Assembly (NCBI GenBank): GCA_963741715.1
Contig: CAVUJA010000002.1
Coordinates: forward strand, 136,883 to 200,882
Direction: 5' to 3'
Length of the DNA: 64,000 bases
Source: an uncultured Acidobacteriota bacterium
GTDB taxonomy: Bacteria > Acidobacteriota > Vicinamibacteria > Vicinamibacterales > Fen-181
This document shows, piece after piece, positions 1 through 8,640 of this stretch; the stretch's first letter is position 1; each line of letters begins with the position of its first letter. Under the pieces are notes generated by a model that did no database searches, was not told the DNA's origin, and was given only the letters and a program-made list of their open reading frames with translations. The translations under genes were made by a program, and so were the position numbers.

Positions 1-558
1 CCTTCTTCAGCGCGGCAGTGGAACCGAGCGCGACCACACCGGGCTCGATGAACGTGACGCCCATCTCCTCGGCGGTCGTCCCGGCGCCTGCCTCCGGCGG
101 GTGCACGAAGATCTGCTTGCCGTTGTAGGTCTGCTCCACGCCGCCCTTCGAGCGGATGAACGCTTCGATGCGCGGCTGGTCGAAGCGGCCGCGGGCGAGG
201 ATGTAGCCGCTCGGCTTGTCGGTGCTTCCTGCGGGGGCGGCCAGCGCGCACGCGACGATGTAGTCGATGTCCTTCTCGACGTCGATCCCGACCGCCGCGC
301 GGATCTCCTCCTGGCCCTTCTGCCGTTCGGCAGCCGGCTCGAGACCCTGCATCTGCTGGCGGAACTGCGACGCCATGAGCTGCTGGACGTCGGCGTAGGC
401 CACGACGGCCGCGTCACTCGGGACGTACTGCAGTTCGACCGGCCCTGCCGGCTCGGCGAACCCGGGGATGCCGCCGTAGTAGGCCGCCAACCCGACCGTG
501 AGCCCGAGCGCCAGGAAGCCCACCGACCCGAACATGAAGTAACGCGTGCGTTTGGTCA
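1..558 (-). CDS. hypothetical membrane-anchored protein (partial; 3' end lies beyond the window)
   Basis: Not in the ORF track because there is no stop inside the window. The reverse complement from ATG 558-556 reads MTKRTRYFMFGSVGFLALGLTVGLAAYYGG... (N-terminal hydrophobic anchor). It stays open for all 186 codons to position 1 with GC-rich third positions. Co-directional with the upstream ABC-2 permease gene. Confidence 0.5.
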
Positions 559-626
559 TACACCCCCCGTTTTACTGGATATACGGTGGCGCCTCGAAAT
601 TAGTTCCTGAGCTTCACCCGGGTTCC

Positions 627-1511
627 CTACTGCTCGAGCACGTACTCCCGCCGGGCCACGGCCCGGGCGGCCAGGAAGAGGAAGCCGGCCCAGATAACCC
701 CCAGCCAAAACAACGACATAGGGGCAGACAGCGCGTCGCGGACGACGACCCGGAGGAGGCTGAGGGCGCTGTCGTTCGGCATGGCGTGCGGGACGAGCGC
801 CTGGAGGTAGTAGGCGATGCTGAGGCGCTTCAGGTAGCCGGGGACGAGCATGATGCCCTGCTCCCAGCCGAACGCGAACACCAGGCCGGTCACGAGCGGA
901 TACTTGAACTGGGCGCCCACCCACGCGAACAGCGAGCCGTAGGCGGCCAGGCCGATGCCCAGCAGGACGAGGTCCTTCGCCAGGGCCGGGAACGCCGCCG
1001 CCAGCGACCCACCCCCCATCGGGACGACCAGGAAATAGAGGAGCATCACCGACGGCAGCACCACCAGGACCGTGGCCGCCAGGTAGGCCAGGTACTTGCC
1101 GATCACCACCGCGCCCCGCTGGATGGGCCGGGTGAACAGGAAGGTGATCGTCTTGTCCTCCACCTCGTCCGCGATCAGCGAGACTCCGTAGAAGATGCCC
1201 AGCACCGGGACGATGAACCTCAGGTAGAGCAGCCAGATGAAGAGGCCGAACACCGAGGGGCCGGCGACGATGGCCGAGCCGCCCAGCCGGACCGAGCCGC
1301 CGATGCCCGCCGAGGTCAGGACGCGGACGATGACGCCGATGAGCACCGGGGCGCCCACCACCAGGCCCAGGAAGATCGTCCGGCGCGACCAGAGCATCTG
1401 CCCGAGGCTCAGGTCGAACACGCGCAGCGCCGCGGCGACGAACGACGGCGGCCGCCGGGTGCCGGCGGGCGCGGGCTGCGACGGGGCGGCGAGAGGGGGT
1501 TGAGCAGCCAC
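627..1511 (-). CDS. ABC-2 type transporter permease
   Basis: 294-aa ORF with several long hydrophobic helices (LGLVVGAPVLIGVIV, VFGLFIWLLYLRFIVPVLGIFYGV, AYLAATVLVVLPSVMLLYFLVV) and an FLFTRPI motif. Its start lies 1 nt after the stop of the ATPase gene at 1513. Confidence 0.75.
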   Translation of the reverse strand: MAAQPPLAAPSQPAPAGTRRPPSFVAAALRVFDLSLGQMLWSRRTIFLGLVVGAPVLIGVIVRVLTSAGIGGSVRLGGSAIVAGPSVFGLFIWLLYLRFIVPVLGIFYGVSLIADEVEDKTITFLFTRPIQRGAVVIGKYLAYLAATVLVVLPSVMLLYFLVVPMGGGSLAAAFPALAKDLVLLGIGLAAYGSLFAWVGAQFKYPLVTGLVFAFGWEQGIMLVPGYLKRLSIAYYLQALVPHAMPNDSALSLLRVVVRDALSAPMSLFWLGVIWAGFLFLAARAVARREYVLEQ

Positions 1512-1512
1512 G

Positions 1513-2565
1513 TTATTTCACCAGGTACTGGAAGACGGCCTGCAGGTTGTCGTCGGGCGACGTGACCTCGGCAATCTCGCCCGCTTCGCCCGTCGCCGCC
1601 AGTTCGGTCAGCCGCGCGTAGAACCCGTCGGGCGCCGCCGTCTGCACCACCACCGCCCCCTCCTCGAACTTCAGGCTGATCACATCGTCGTGGGCGAGGA
1701 ACCGGCGGGCCAGGCCGCGCGTGTCGGCCGCGCGGATGAAGACGGTGTGCGGGTGCGTGTCGATGAGGTCGCGGATCTGGTGGACGTTGCCCTCGGCCAG
1801 GATCCGCCCGTTGTTGATCAGGAGGATGTTGGACGTCATCGACTCGATCTCGTGCAGGATGTGGCTCGAGACGATGACCGTCTTGCCGGCGCGCGCCCAG
1901 TCCTTGATCAGGCGGATCGTCTTGCGGCGGCCGAGCGGGTCCATGCCCGCCAGCGGCTCGTCGAGGATCAGCAGCTCGGGGTCGTGGACGATCGCCTGCG
2001 CCAGCTTCACGCGCTGGCGCATCCCCTTGCTGTAGCCGCCGATCTTCTTGTCGGCGGCGGCCAGCAGGTCCACCGTGTCGAGCGCGCGGCGCGCCGCCTC
2101 GGTGGATTCCCGTTCCGAGTAGCCATTGAGGCGAACCAGCGCGGCCACCCACTCGAGGCCCGTCATCCGGTCGTAGAAGGCGTCCTGGTCCGGACAGAAT
2201 CCCACGCGGAAGTAGATCGCCGGGTTCGACCAGATCGGCTCGCCGAGCACCTTGATCGTCCCCTTGCTCGGCTTGAGCTGCCCGGTCATCAGCTTCATGA
2301 AGGTGGACTTCCCGGCGCCGTTCGGCCCGAGGAGGCCGGTGACGCCAGGGGGCACGCTCACCGACACGTCGTTCAGGCCGATCACCTGGCCGTACCACTT
2401 CGACAGCTTGACCGCTTCGATGGCCGGGGCGAGGCTCGCCGAAGAGCTCGTGCCGCCCTCGCCCACACGGGCCTGCTCCGCGGTGGCGCTCTCGAGTTCG
2501 TCGGCGCGAAGGTGGGCCGGCCCCGCCGTAGCGCTCGCAGTGTCGTCGGCGCGAAGGTGCGTCAC
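1513..2565 (-). CDS. ABC transporter ATP-binding protein
   Basis: Walker A GPNGAGKST, signature YSKGMRQR, Walker B LLILDEP, H-loop SSHIL. The 656-aa track ORF 1513..3483 is a read-through artefact; its N-terminal part overlaps the real permease gene in another frame. GTG at 2565 overlaps the permease stop (GTGA), so the start is inferred. Confidence 0.85.
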   Translation of the reverse strand: MTHLRADDTASATAGPAHLRADELESATAEQARVGEGGTSSSASLAPAIEAVKLSKWYGQVIGLNDVSVSVPPGVTGLLGPNGAGKSTFMKLMTGQLKPSKGTIKVLGEPIWSNPAIYFRVGFCPDQDAFYDRMTGLEWVAALVRLNGYSERESTEAARRALDTVDLLAAADKKIGGYSKGMRQRVKLAQAIVHDPELLILDEPLAGMDPLGRRKTIRLIKDWARAGKTVIVSSHILHEIESMTSNILLINNGRILAEGNVHQIRDLIDTHPHTVFIRAADTRGLARRFLAHDDVISLKFEEGAVVVQTAAPDGFYARLTELAATGEAGEIAEVTSPDDNLQAVFQYLVK

Positions 2566-3401
2566 GACACCACCTCCACCCCGCGCACGCGGCGTTCGAG
2601 GACCCACAGCGAGACGCCGATCACCACGACCATCGCCAGCAGCGAGACGGCGGCCGGCGTGGAGTAGCGCGGCTCGAGGCGGAAGATGATGTCCCCAATC
2701 TGGTTGAGGTTGCCGGGCAGCGACAGCCACGACATCTTCGTGCTGCCGGTGACCGCGTAGATCACCCCGAAGACGGCGTGGCTGAACCAGTAGGCGCCCG
2801 CGTAGAGGATGGCGACGTAGCGGCTGCTCTTGCTGAGCGAGGAGAGCGCCAGCATCGTGAACGCCGCCAGCAGCACCTGCAGGAAGGAGAAGACGGTGAC
2901 CGCCGGGAACAGGTAGAAGTTCTGCCGCAGGAACGTGAAGCTGCCGCTGAACGCGACCTGCAGGACCAGCAGGAGGATGGCCGGCACCCAGGTGACCAGC
3001 AGCAGGAACGCGGCGAGGATCACCAGCTTGCCGGCGATGTACTCGGTGCGGGTGAGCGGCTTCGACAGGTAGATCTGCAGCGCGTTGGCGCGCTTGTCGT
3101 TGGCGATCAGGCCGGCGCCCACCCAGACGGTGATGGTGAAGACGAAGAAGTCCTGCGTGCCCAGGAACTCGCGGAACCGCTGGGCGGTCATCGACAGCAG
3201 CGTGAACTGCGGGAAGTTGGCGTTCAGGTAGACCATCACCGCGCCGACGACGAACGGGATCCACGCGAGGACCAGCAGGCCGAGGAACAGCCGCTTGCGG
3301 ACGATGGTGCGGATGCCGTTGACGGCAATCACCATCCACGCCTGCCCGGCCTGTGCCCGCAGCCCCGCGTATCGCCGGTAGGATTGGTCGTGTATCGGCA
3401 T
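2562..3401 (-). CDS. ABC-type transporter permease / polytopic membrane protein
   Basis: 279-aa ORF MPIHDQSYRRYAG... with about 6 hydrophobic helices, sandwiched between two ABC ATPase genes on the same strand. Confidence 0.7.
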   Translation of the reverse strand: MPIHDQSYRRYAGLRAQAGQAWMVIAVNGIRTIVRKRLFLGLLVLAWIPFVVGAVMVYLNANFPQFTLLSMTAQRFREFLGTQDFFVFTITVWVGAGLIANDKRANALQIYLSKPLTRTEYIAGKLVILAAFLLLVTWVPAILLLVLQVAFSGSFTFLRQNFYLFPAVTVFSFLQVLLAAFTMLALSSLSKSSRYVAILYAGAYWFSHAVFGVIYAVTGSTKMSWLSLPGNLNQIGDIIFRLEPRYSTPAAVSLLAMVVVIGVSLWVLERRVRGVEVVS

Positions 3402-3473
3402 CTACTGCATCTCCGACGGCTTGCGGCCTGCGGCCTGCGGCCGGCGGCACGGTCGCCTTCGGCTCGCGATCCT

Positions 3474-3618
3474 CACTAGCCACTACCCACTACCCACTAC
3501 CACTAGCCACTAGCCACTAACCACTAGCCACTAACCACTAGCCACTACCTACTAGCCACTACGCACTAGCCACTAGCCACTACGCACTAGCCACTAGCCA
3601 CTAGCCACCAGCCACTAC
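3474..3618. repeat. tandem heptamer array (CCACTAG)n, about 20 units
   Basis: Read directly: cactagc cactacc cactacc ... ccactag ccactag ccaccag ccactac. It fills the gap between the stop of the ATPase gene (3615-3617) and the region upstream of the permease start (3401). Period 7 puts TAG/TAA in all frames on both strands. Confidence 0.95.
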
Positions 3619-4559
3619 TCTTCCCCAACTGCCTTGGCGAACACGTCCTCGAGCGTGGGCACGCTCGGGCGGAGGTGGCGAACCTGCACCTTCTCCCGGT
3701 CGGCCATCGCGAACAGCGTGCGGGCGCCCTCGTCCGGCCCCACGAGCACGCGCAGGACTTCATCGTCCGTCTCGTGGCACTCGAACCCGGCGGCGGCGAG
3801 CGTGGCGGTAAAGGCCTGGCGGTCGCCCTTGATGCGCAGCTCGAACACCTGCTTGCGCGTGCCCTTCAGCGTGTCGATCGGCCCCTGCGCCACCACCTGG
3901 CCCTTGTCCAGCACGACGACGTTGGTGCAGGTGTATTCGACGTCGGGCAGGAGGTGCGAGGAGAGGATCAGGTTGATCTGCTTCTCGTACGCGAGGTCGC
4001 GCACCAGGTCGAGCATCTCGTCGCGGCCCTTGGGGTCCATCCCGTTGGTCGGCTCGTCGAGGAACAGCAGGTCGGGGTCGTGGACGAGCGCCTGCGCGAG
4101 CTTGATGCGCTGCTTCATCCCGGTCGAATAGGTTTCGAGGTTGCGGTAGCGCGCCTCGCCCAGGCCGACGTAGTAGAGCACCTCGTGCGCGCGCTGCATC
4201 GCGTCGCTGGCCGGCAGGCCCGCGAGCTGGCCGCAGTAGGCGACGAACGACACCGCGTTCATGCCCGGGATGTGGCCGTCGGTCTCGGGCATGTACCCGA
4301 TGCGCCGGCGGATGTCGAGGGGGGATTTGGCGACATCGAGGCCGAAGACGCTCATGCGGCCGGAGGTGGGCACCAGGAAGCCGAGCAGCGACTTGAGCAT
4401 CGTGCTCTTGCCGGCGCCGTTGGGCCCCAGCAGGCCGGTGGCCCCGCCGTGGAACGCCGCGGTGACGTCGCGGAGCGCGGCGCTTTTTCCGTAGGCGACG
4501 CTGACCGCCTCGAGGGCAACGACGGGGGTGGTGTCCGGCTCGGCCATCTCACTGTCCAA
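3615..4559 (-). CDS. ABC transporter ATP-binding protein
   Basis: Walker A GPNGAGKST, signature YSTGMKQR, Walker B LLFLDEP, H-loop SSHLL; 314 aa. Confidence 0.9.
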   Translation of the reverse strand: MDSEMAEPDTTPVVALEAVSVAYGKSAALRDVTAAFHGGATGLLGPNGAGKSTMLKSLLGFLVPTSGRMSVFGLDVAKSPLDIRRRIGYMPETDGHIPGMNAVSFVAYCGQLAGLPASDAMQRAHEVLYYVGLGEARYRNLETYSTGMKQRIKLAQALVHDPDLLFLDEPTNGMDPKGRDEMLDLVRDLAYEKQINLILSSHLLPDVEYTCTNVVVLDKGQVVAQGPIDTLKGTRKQVFELRIKGDRQAFTATLAAAGFECHETDDEVLRVLVGPDEGARTLFAMADREKVQVRHLRPSVPTLEDVFAKAVGEE

Positions 4560-4586
4560 TTACGAGCTTCCGACGGATTTCGTTCG

Positions 4587-4624
4587 CACTGCCTGCCTAC
4601 TGCCGACTGCCGACTGCCTACTAC
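4587..4624. repeat. tandem heptamer array (TGCCGAC/TGCCTAC)n, about 5 units
   Basis: cactgcc tgcctac tgccgac tgccgac tgcctac tac. It overlaps the stop codon (4621-4623) of the HD-domain gene. Confidence 0.85.
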
Positions 4625-5193
4625 AACGATCCCTTCAGCCCCAGCGCCTCGGCCTGCTCGCGCATGCCGGCAATCACGTTGGCGATGTGCTCGGCCAGCG
4701 GCAGCCCCAGTTCCTCGGCGCCCTTCTTGAGGTCTTCGCGGCTGACGGCGCGCGCGAAGGCCTTGTCCTTCATCCGCTTGACGACCGAGGAGGCCTCGAG
4801 GTCGAGGACGCTCTTCGACGGCCGGACGAGGGAGGCGGCGGTGACGAAGCCGGCCATCTCGTCGCAGGCGAACAGCGTGTGCTCCAGCCGGGTGTCGCGC
4901 GGCGTGTTCGTGTGGTCGGCGTGGGACAGGACGGCCTTCACCACGAACTCGGGGTAGCCGTGCTCGCGCAGGAAGTCGGCGCCCCGGAACGGGTGGTTCT
5001 CGAGGGTCGGGTAGCGCTCGTAGTCGAAGTCGTGGAGCAGCGCCACGGCGCCCCATTCCTCCTCGTTCTCGCCGAACTTCCGCGCGTAGAAGCGGACGGC
5101 CGCCTCGACGGCGAGCGCGTGCTTCCGCAACGCGTCGCTCTGGGTCCACTCGCACAGCAACGACCAGGCCGATTCACGTGACAGCATGGACAT
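4621..5193 (-). CDS. HD-domain metal-dependent phosphohydrolase
   Basis: 190 aa. HD-superfamily signature residues (ALLHDFDY ... LSHADH) in a short all-helical protein. Confidence 0.8.
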   Translation of the reverse strand: MSMLSRESAWSLLCEWTQSDALRKHALAVEAAVRFYARKFGENEEEWGAVALLHDFDYERYPTLENHPFRGADFLREHGYPEFVVKAVLSHADHTNTPRDTRLEHTLFACDEMAGFVTAASLVRPSKSVLDLEASSVVKRMKDKAFARAVSREDLKKGAEELGLPLAEHIANVIAGMREQAEALGLKGSL

Positions 5194-5235
5194 AGGATTC
5201 AGGATTCAGGAGTCGGGATTCGGGATTCAGTTCAG
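5194..5235. repeat. tandem heptamer array (AGGATTC/AGGAGTC/GGGATTC)n, 6 units
   Basis: aggattc aggattc aggagtc gggattc gggattc agttcag. It begins at the nucleotide next to the ATG (5193) of the HD gene. Confidence 0.9.
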
Positions 5236-5345
5236 TCGCAATGCGTGAACGGCCGGTCGCGAGGGCCGCGGTCGGGCCGACTCCCTCCGCAGCTCCGTCG
5301 GCGGCGCCGGCAAAAGCCGCGGCGGCCGGAGAGGGCCGAAAGCCG

Positions 5346-5900
5346 CCGGGGTCGCCCGGTTCGATCCGTGTGCGTGATCGGGCTCAACCCGGCTCCTCCC
5401 CAACGCCTGCCGCGGCGTTTTGCCGTCTGATGCGTGCCACGGCTTGCCGAAGTCGCCGCTTCGCGAGCCGGCCCACCCGCGTCCGGCGTCATCCCGCTGC
5501 CAGCGGCCGCCCTGTGGCGTGCGTCTGGGGCCCCAGACTTCGCGCCCTCCGGCGCTCGGCCACAAGGGCGCGGCGGCCTGCTCCGAAGCGAATCGTCCGG
5601 CGAGGCGCCCGCGCTCGGCGCGCCTCACAGCGGCGGCCGTCATTCAGCACCCACGCCCGTCCGTCCGCGCCTGTCGTGGCGGCCGCTGCCTGCACTCGAC
5701 CGGCTGGCGGGGGCACCCGGCGAAGCGAACATGCGAGCAGTGCCGTCGGTCGATGCACAACCACGCACCGCAGGTTCAGACTCGCCCTTGAGGCGCTCGT
5801 GCCAGGCCGAATGGCTCAACGAAACCCACCGACCGAGGATGCGTGGTTCGGCACTGTCGAGCGTGAGCGGAGGCGGGTGCCCCCGCCGGCCGGTCGCGTC
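5346..5900. repeat. mosaic GC-rich dispersed repeat, copy A
   Basis: Blocks such as ggggtcgcccggt..gtgtgcgtgatcgggctcaacccggctcctcccca.cgcctgc.gcggcgttttgccgtctga, gcgaacatgcgagcagtgccg.cggtcga.tgca and ggttcggcactgtcgagcgtgagcg recur as the reverse complement at 28490-28880. A 30-nt block (gcggcctgctccgaagcg..cgtccggcga) recurs at 17748-17780. Confidence 0.8.
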
Positions 5901-6029
5901 GGCCGCGGTGACGGACCCGGCGCGCCCAGCGTATCACTGCCGTCTGCCCGGCATGATATATTCGGCGACCAGTTCTCGCCAACGACTGAATCGGGCCGGA
6001 CCGCTGGCCGTCGCCGCACGGAGGTCACC

Positions 6030-7106
6030 GTGATCGCTGTCCTGTTCGTCGCGCTCGCCATCCTCACGCTCGTGTTCGTCGCCGTCTGGGTGCTCGAGGT
6101 CCGGAAGAACCCGGACACGCCCGATCCGGGCGCGCCCAACGCGGAGCGCGTCGCGGTCGGCTTCTTCGCGAACTTCTTCGACGCCCTCGGCATCGGCAGC
6201 TTCGCGACCAGCACCACCTACTTCCGCATGCGGAAGCTGGTGCGCGACGAACTCATCCCCGGCACCCTCAACGTCGGCCACTGCCTGCCCACGGTCACGC
6301 AGGCGTTCATCGGCATCGCGGTCATCGCCGTCGAGCCGCTGATGCTCGTCCTGATGATCGCCACCGCCGTGGCGGGAGCCTGGGTCGGCGCCGGGGTCGT
6401 CTCGCGGATGCCGCGCCGGGCGATCCAGATCGGCATGGGGATCGCGCTGCTGGTGGCCGCCGGCTTCCTGTTCGCCAAGGCGGCGCGGATCATGCCTTCC
6501 GACGCCGTGACGGTGGGGCCGCAGCAGGCGGTGATTCGGGCGGAGGGCGCCCCCACGGCCGGCGCGGTCGCGACGCTCGCCGCCGGCACCCCGCTCGAAC
6601 TGCTGACCGCCGGCCACGCGTGGTCCCGCGTCAGCGCCGCCGGGGCGACGCCGGAGGCGCCGAGGATCGAGGGCTATATCCAGACCGCCGCGGCGACGGG
6701 GATCGTCCTCGGCGTCACCGGCATCAAGTTGGGCCTGGCGCTGGCGGGCAGCTTCTTCCTCGGCACCATCATGCCGCTCGGCATCGGCTACTACGCGCCG
6801 TGCATGGTGCTCATCGCGCTGCTCGGCATGAGCCCGAGCGCGGCCTTCCCCATCATGATGGGCGCCTGCGCGTTCCTGATGCCCGTCGCGGGGGCGGAGT
6901 TCGTCTGGAAGAAGAAGTACAGCCTGCGCGCCTCCGCGGGCCTGGCCGCCGGCGGCATCTTCGGCTCGGCGCTCGCGCTGCTCGTCGTGAAGAGCCTCAA
7001 TCTCCGCTACGTGATGTGGCTGGTGACGATCGTCATCATCTACACGGCGGTGATGCTGCTGATGGCCGCGGCGCGGGAGAAGAGGGCGGCGGCAGGCGTC
7101 GCCTAG
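6030..7106 (+). CDS. TauE/SafE (DUF81) family anion permease with a central soluble insert
   Basis: GTG 6030 is preceded by GGAGG (6019-6023). The upstream 263 codons of track ORF 5241..7106 lie in the repeat element and are Arg/Ala/Pro junk. Two TM-rich halves (FFANFFDALGIGSFATST..., GTIMPLGIGYYAPCMVLIALLGMS...) are typical of the family. Confidence 0.7.
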   Translation: MIAVLFVALAILTLVFVAVWVLEVRKNPDTPDPGAPNAERVAVGFFANFFDALGIGSFATSTTYFRMRKLVRDELIPGTLNVGHCLPTVTQAFIGIAVIAVEPLMLVLMIATAVAGAWVGAGVVSRMPRRAIQIGMGIALLVAAGFLFAKAARIMPSDAVTVGPQQAVIRAEGAPTAGAVATLAAGTPLELLTAGHAWSRVSAAGATPEAPRIEGYIQTAAATGIVLGVTGIKLGLALAGSFFLGTIMPLGIGYYAPCMVLIALLGMSPSAAFPIMMGACAFLMPVAGAEFVWKKKYSLRASAGLAAGGIFGSALALLVVKSLNLRYVMWLVTIVIIYTAVMLLMAAAREKRAAAGVA

Positions 7107-7287
7107 CGGTCAGACGGTGCGTCTTCGACGGCGCCCCCCGCACAGTACGGTGGTCGGCACCGGGTCATGCGATAATCTCTCCTGGGAGAAGCCTGAACCA
7201 CCCTGCCTCGCGTGAACTCGTGCGCGGTCTTCGCCGCAGGAAGACGACGTGCCACGGGAGAAACCGTTTCATGTCGGAGGAGGAGAA

Positions 7288-7989
7288 ATGAACGCATCGT
7301 CTCCACCACAGCTACCGTCCCGGCGGCGTTTCCTGCGAGTCGGCGCGGCCGGAACCGCGGCCGGCTTGCTGGCCCCCGGACTCGAGTTGGCGGTCCCGCG
7401 GCCTGCCGGGGCACAGAGCACTCTGACGCCCGATGCCGCCTTGGCCCAGTTGATGGAAGGCAACAGACGGTTCGTCGCCGGGCGCTTGACGGCTCACGAC
7501 CAGGATCTTGCCATTCTCAAGCAACACACCGTGGACAAGCAGGAGCCATTCGCGGCGGTGTTGTCCTGCGCGGATTCCCGCGTGCCCGTCGAGCTCGTCT
7601 TCGATCAGACGATCGGCCACCTCTTTGTCACACGCATCGCGGGCAACATGATCACCCCCGAGATCATCGCGAGTCTCGAGTATGGGGCCGCGGTTCTGGG
7701 GACGAAGGTGATCCTGGTCATGGGACACTCCGGTTGCGGTGCGGTCAGCGCAACCGTCAAAGGCAAGGAGGTGCCCGGTCAAATCAGCGCGCTCTTCCCG
7801 CACATTCAACCCGCCGTCGATTCTGCTGGGCCGAACCTGGAAGCCGCGACCAAGGCGAACGCCAAGATCCAGGCGACCGTCCTGAGCCAGGCATCGACCG
7901 TCGTGTCGGGCCTAGTGAAGGAAGGCAAACTGAAGGTGGTGGCTGGCTACTATGAACTCGCCAGCGGCGCCGTGACCCTCGTCGCGTAG
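7288..7989 (+). CDS. beta-class carbonic anhydrase with twin-arginine signal peptide
   Basis: Zinc-ligand motifs SCADSR and HSGCG. N-terminal [16 protein letters not shown] Tat motif. ATG 7288 is preceded by ggaggaggag. Confidence 0.85.
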   Translation: MNASSPPQLPSRRRFLRVGAAGTAAGLLAPGLELAVPRPAGAQSTLTPDAALAQLMEGNRRFVAGRLTAHDQDLAILKQHTVDKQEPFAAVLSCADSRVPVELVFDQTIGHLFVTRIAGNMITPEIIASLEYGAAVLGTKVILVMGHSGCGAVSATVKGKEVPGQISALFPHIQPAVDSAGPNLEAATKANAKIQATVLSQASTVVSGLVKEGKLKVVAGYYELASGAVTLVA

Positions 7990-7997
7990 GAAACGCC

Positions 7998-8411
7998 ATG
8001 AAGACGCTCACCGAGTACCTCTTCTTCAACACGCGCGAGCGCCGCGAGATGGTGCGCATCACCGACGAGGTCGCGGACATCGTCCGGCGCAGCGGCGTGC
8101 GCGAGGGGATGGCGCTGGTGTCGGCGATGCACATCACGGCCGGCGTCTACGTGAACGACTGGGAGGACGGCCTCATCGAGGACTTCGGCGAGTGGCTCGA
8201 GAAGCTGGCGCCGTCGGGCCGCAACTATCACCACCACCAGACCGGCGAGGACAACGCCGACGCCCACCTCAAGCGCACGCTGATCGGTCACCAGGTGATC
8301 CTGCCGGTCACCAACGGCAAGCTGGACCTCGGCCCGTGGGAGCAGGTCTTCTACGCCGAGTTCGACGGCCAGCGCAAGAAGCGGGTGGTGGTGAAGGTGA
8401 TGGGAGAGTAG
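7998..8411 (+). CDS. YjbQ/UPF0047 family protein (secondary thiamine-phosphate synthase-like)
   Basis: 137 aa. Family-typical [13 protein letters not shown] ... [18 protein letters not shown] ... [13 protein letters not shown]. Confidence 0.85.
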   Translation: MKTLTEYLFFNTRERREMVRITDEVADIVRRSGVREGMALVSAMHITAGVYVNDWEDGLIEDFGEWLEKLAPSGRNYHHHQTGEDNADAHLKRTLIGHQVILPVTNGKLDLGPWEQVFYAEFDGQRKKRVVVKVMGE

Positions 8412-8427
8412 GCCGGCAGCGGTCTCG

Positions 8428-8445
8428 ACTCGGTCCGGACCGAGT
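8428..8445. repeat. 18-bp perfect palindrome ACTCGGTCCGGACCGAGT (copy 1 of 3)
   Basis: Read directly, just downstream of the yjbQ-like stop. May act as a hairpin terminator. Confidence 0.9.
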
Positions 8446-8640
8446 TTGTGTGCCCGCTCCTGGCGTTGGGTTTCCCCACAGACAAGATGATGATGACGCT
8501 GTGGAAGCTCGTGGGCCGCGCGTGCTGGCGAGCGCGGTCCAAGAACCTTGTGGGAGCGTTCTGCGCTTCCACAGGTTCGGCAGCTTCCACAGCGCCGTCC
8601 GGCCCGCGCGTGACGCCCGGCCGCGCGCGACGCCCCCCGG

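Noticed and set aside
1513-3483. 656-aa ORF as a single gene.
   Set aside because: Only the C-terminal ~350 aa form an ABC ATPase. The N-terminal part overlaps the genuine 279-aa permease gene (2562..3401) in another frame and runs into the heptamer array.
3474-3618. Heptamer and octamer arrays as CRISPR arrays.
   Set aside because: The units are 7-8 nt with no spacers and no cas genes nearby. CRISPR repeats are 24-48 nt and are separated by unique spacers.
5350-5372. tRNA-like GGTTCGATCC (T-loop-like) sequence.
   Set aside because: The flanks cannot form a T-stem (gcccg / ccgtg) or a cloverleaf. The sequence is part of the mosaic repeat, and its second copy reads GGTCTGATTC.
5241-6029. N-terminal 263 codons of the 621-aa ORF, together with the overlapping ORFs at 5227..5643, 5420..5791 and 5434..6033.
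   Set aside because: The region is a dispersed non-coding repeat (a copy at 28490-28880 lies in the opposite orientation). The translations are Arg/Ala/Pro strings. A good RBS plus GTG at 6030 starts the real permease.
8448-8600. Recurrent GCTTCCACAG / CTGTGGAAGC motifs between the yjbQ-like gene and the HNH gene, as an operator or IS end.
   Set aside because: There are only three short (10-nt) occurrences with irregular spacing. They could not be linked to a gene or to the HNH cassette boundaries.
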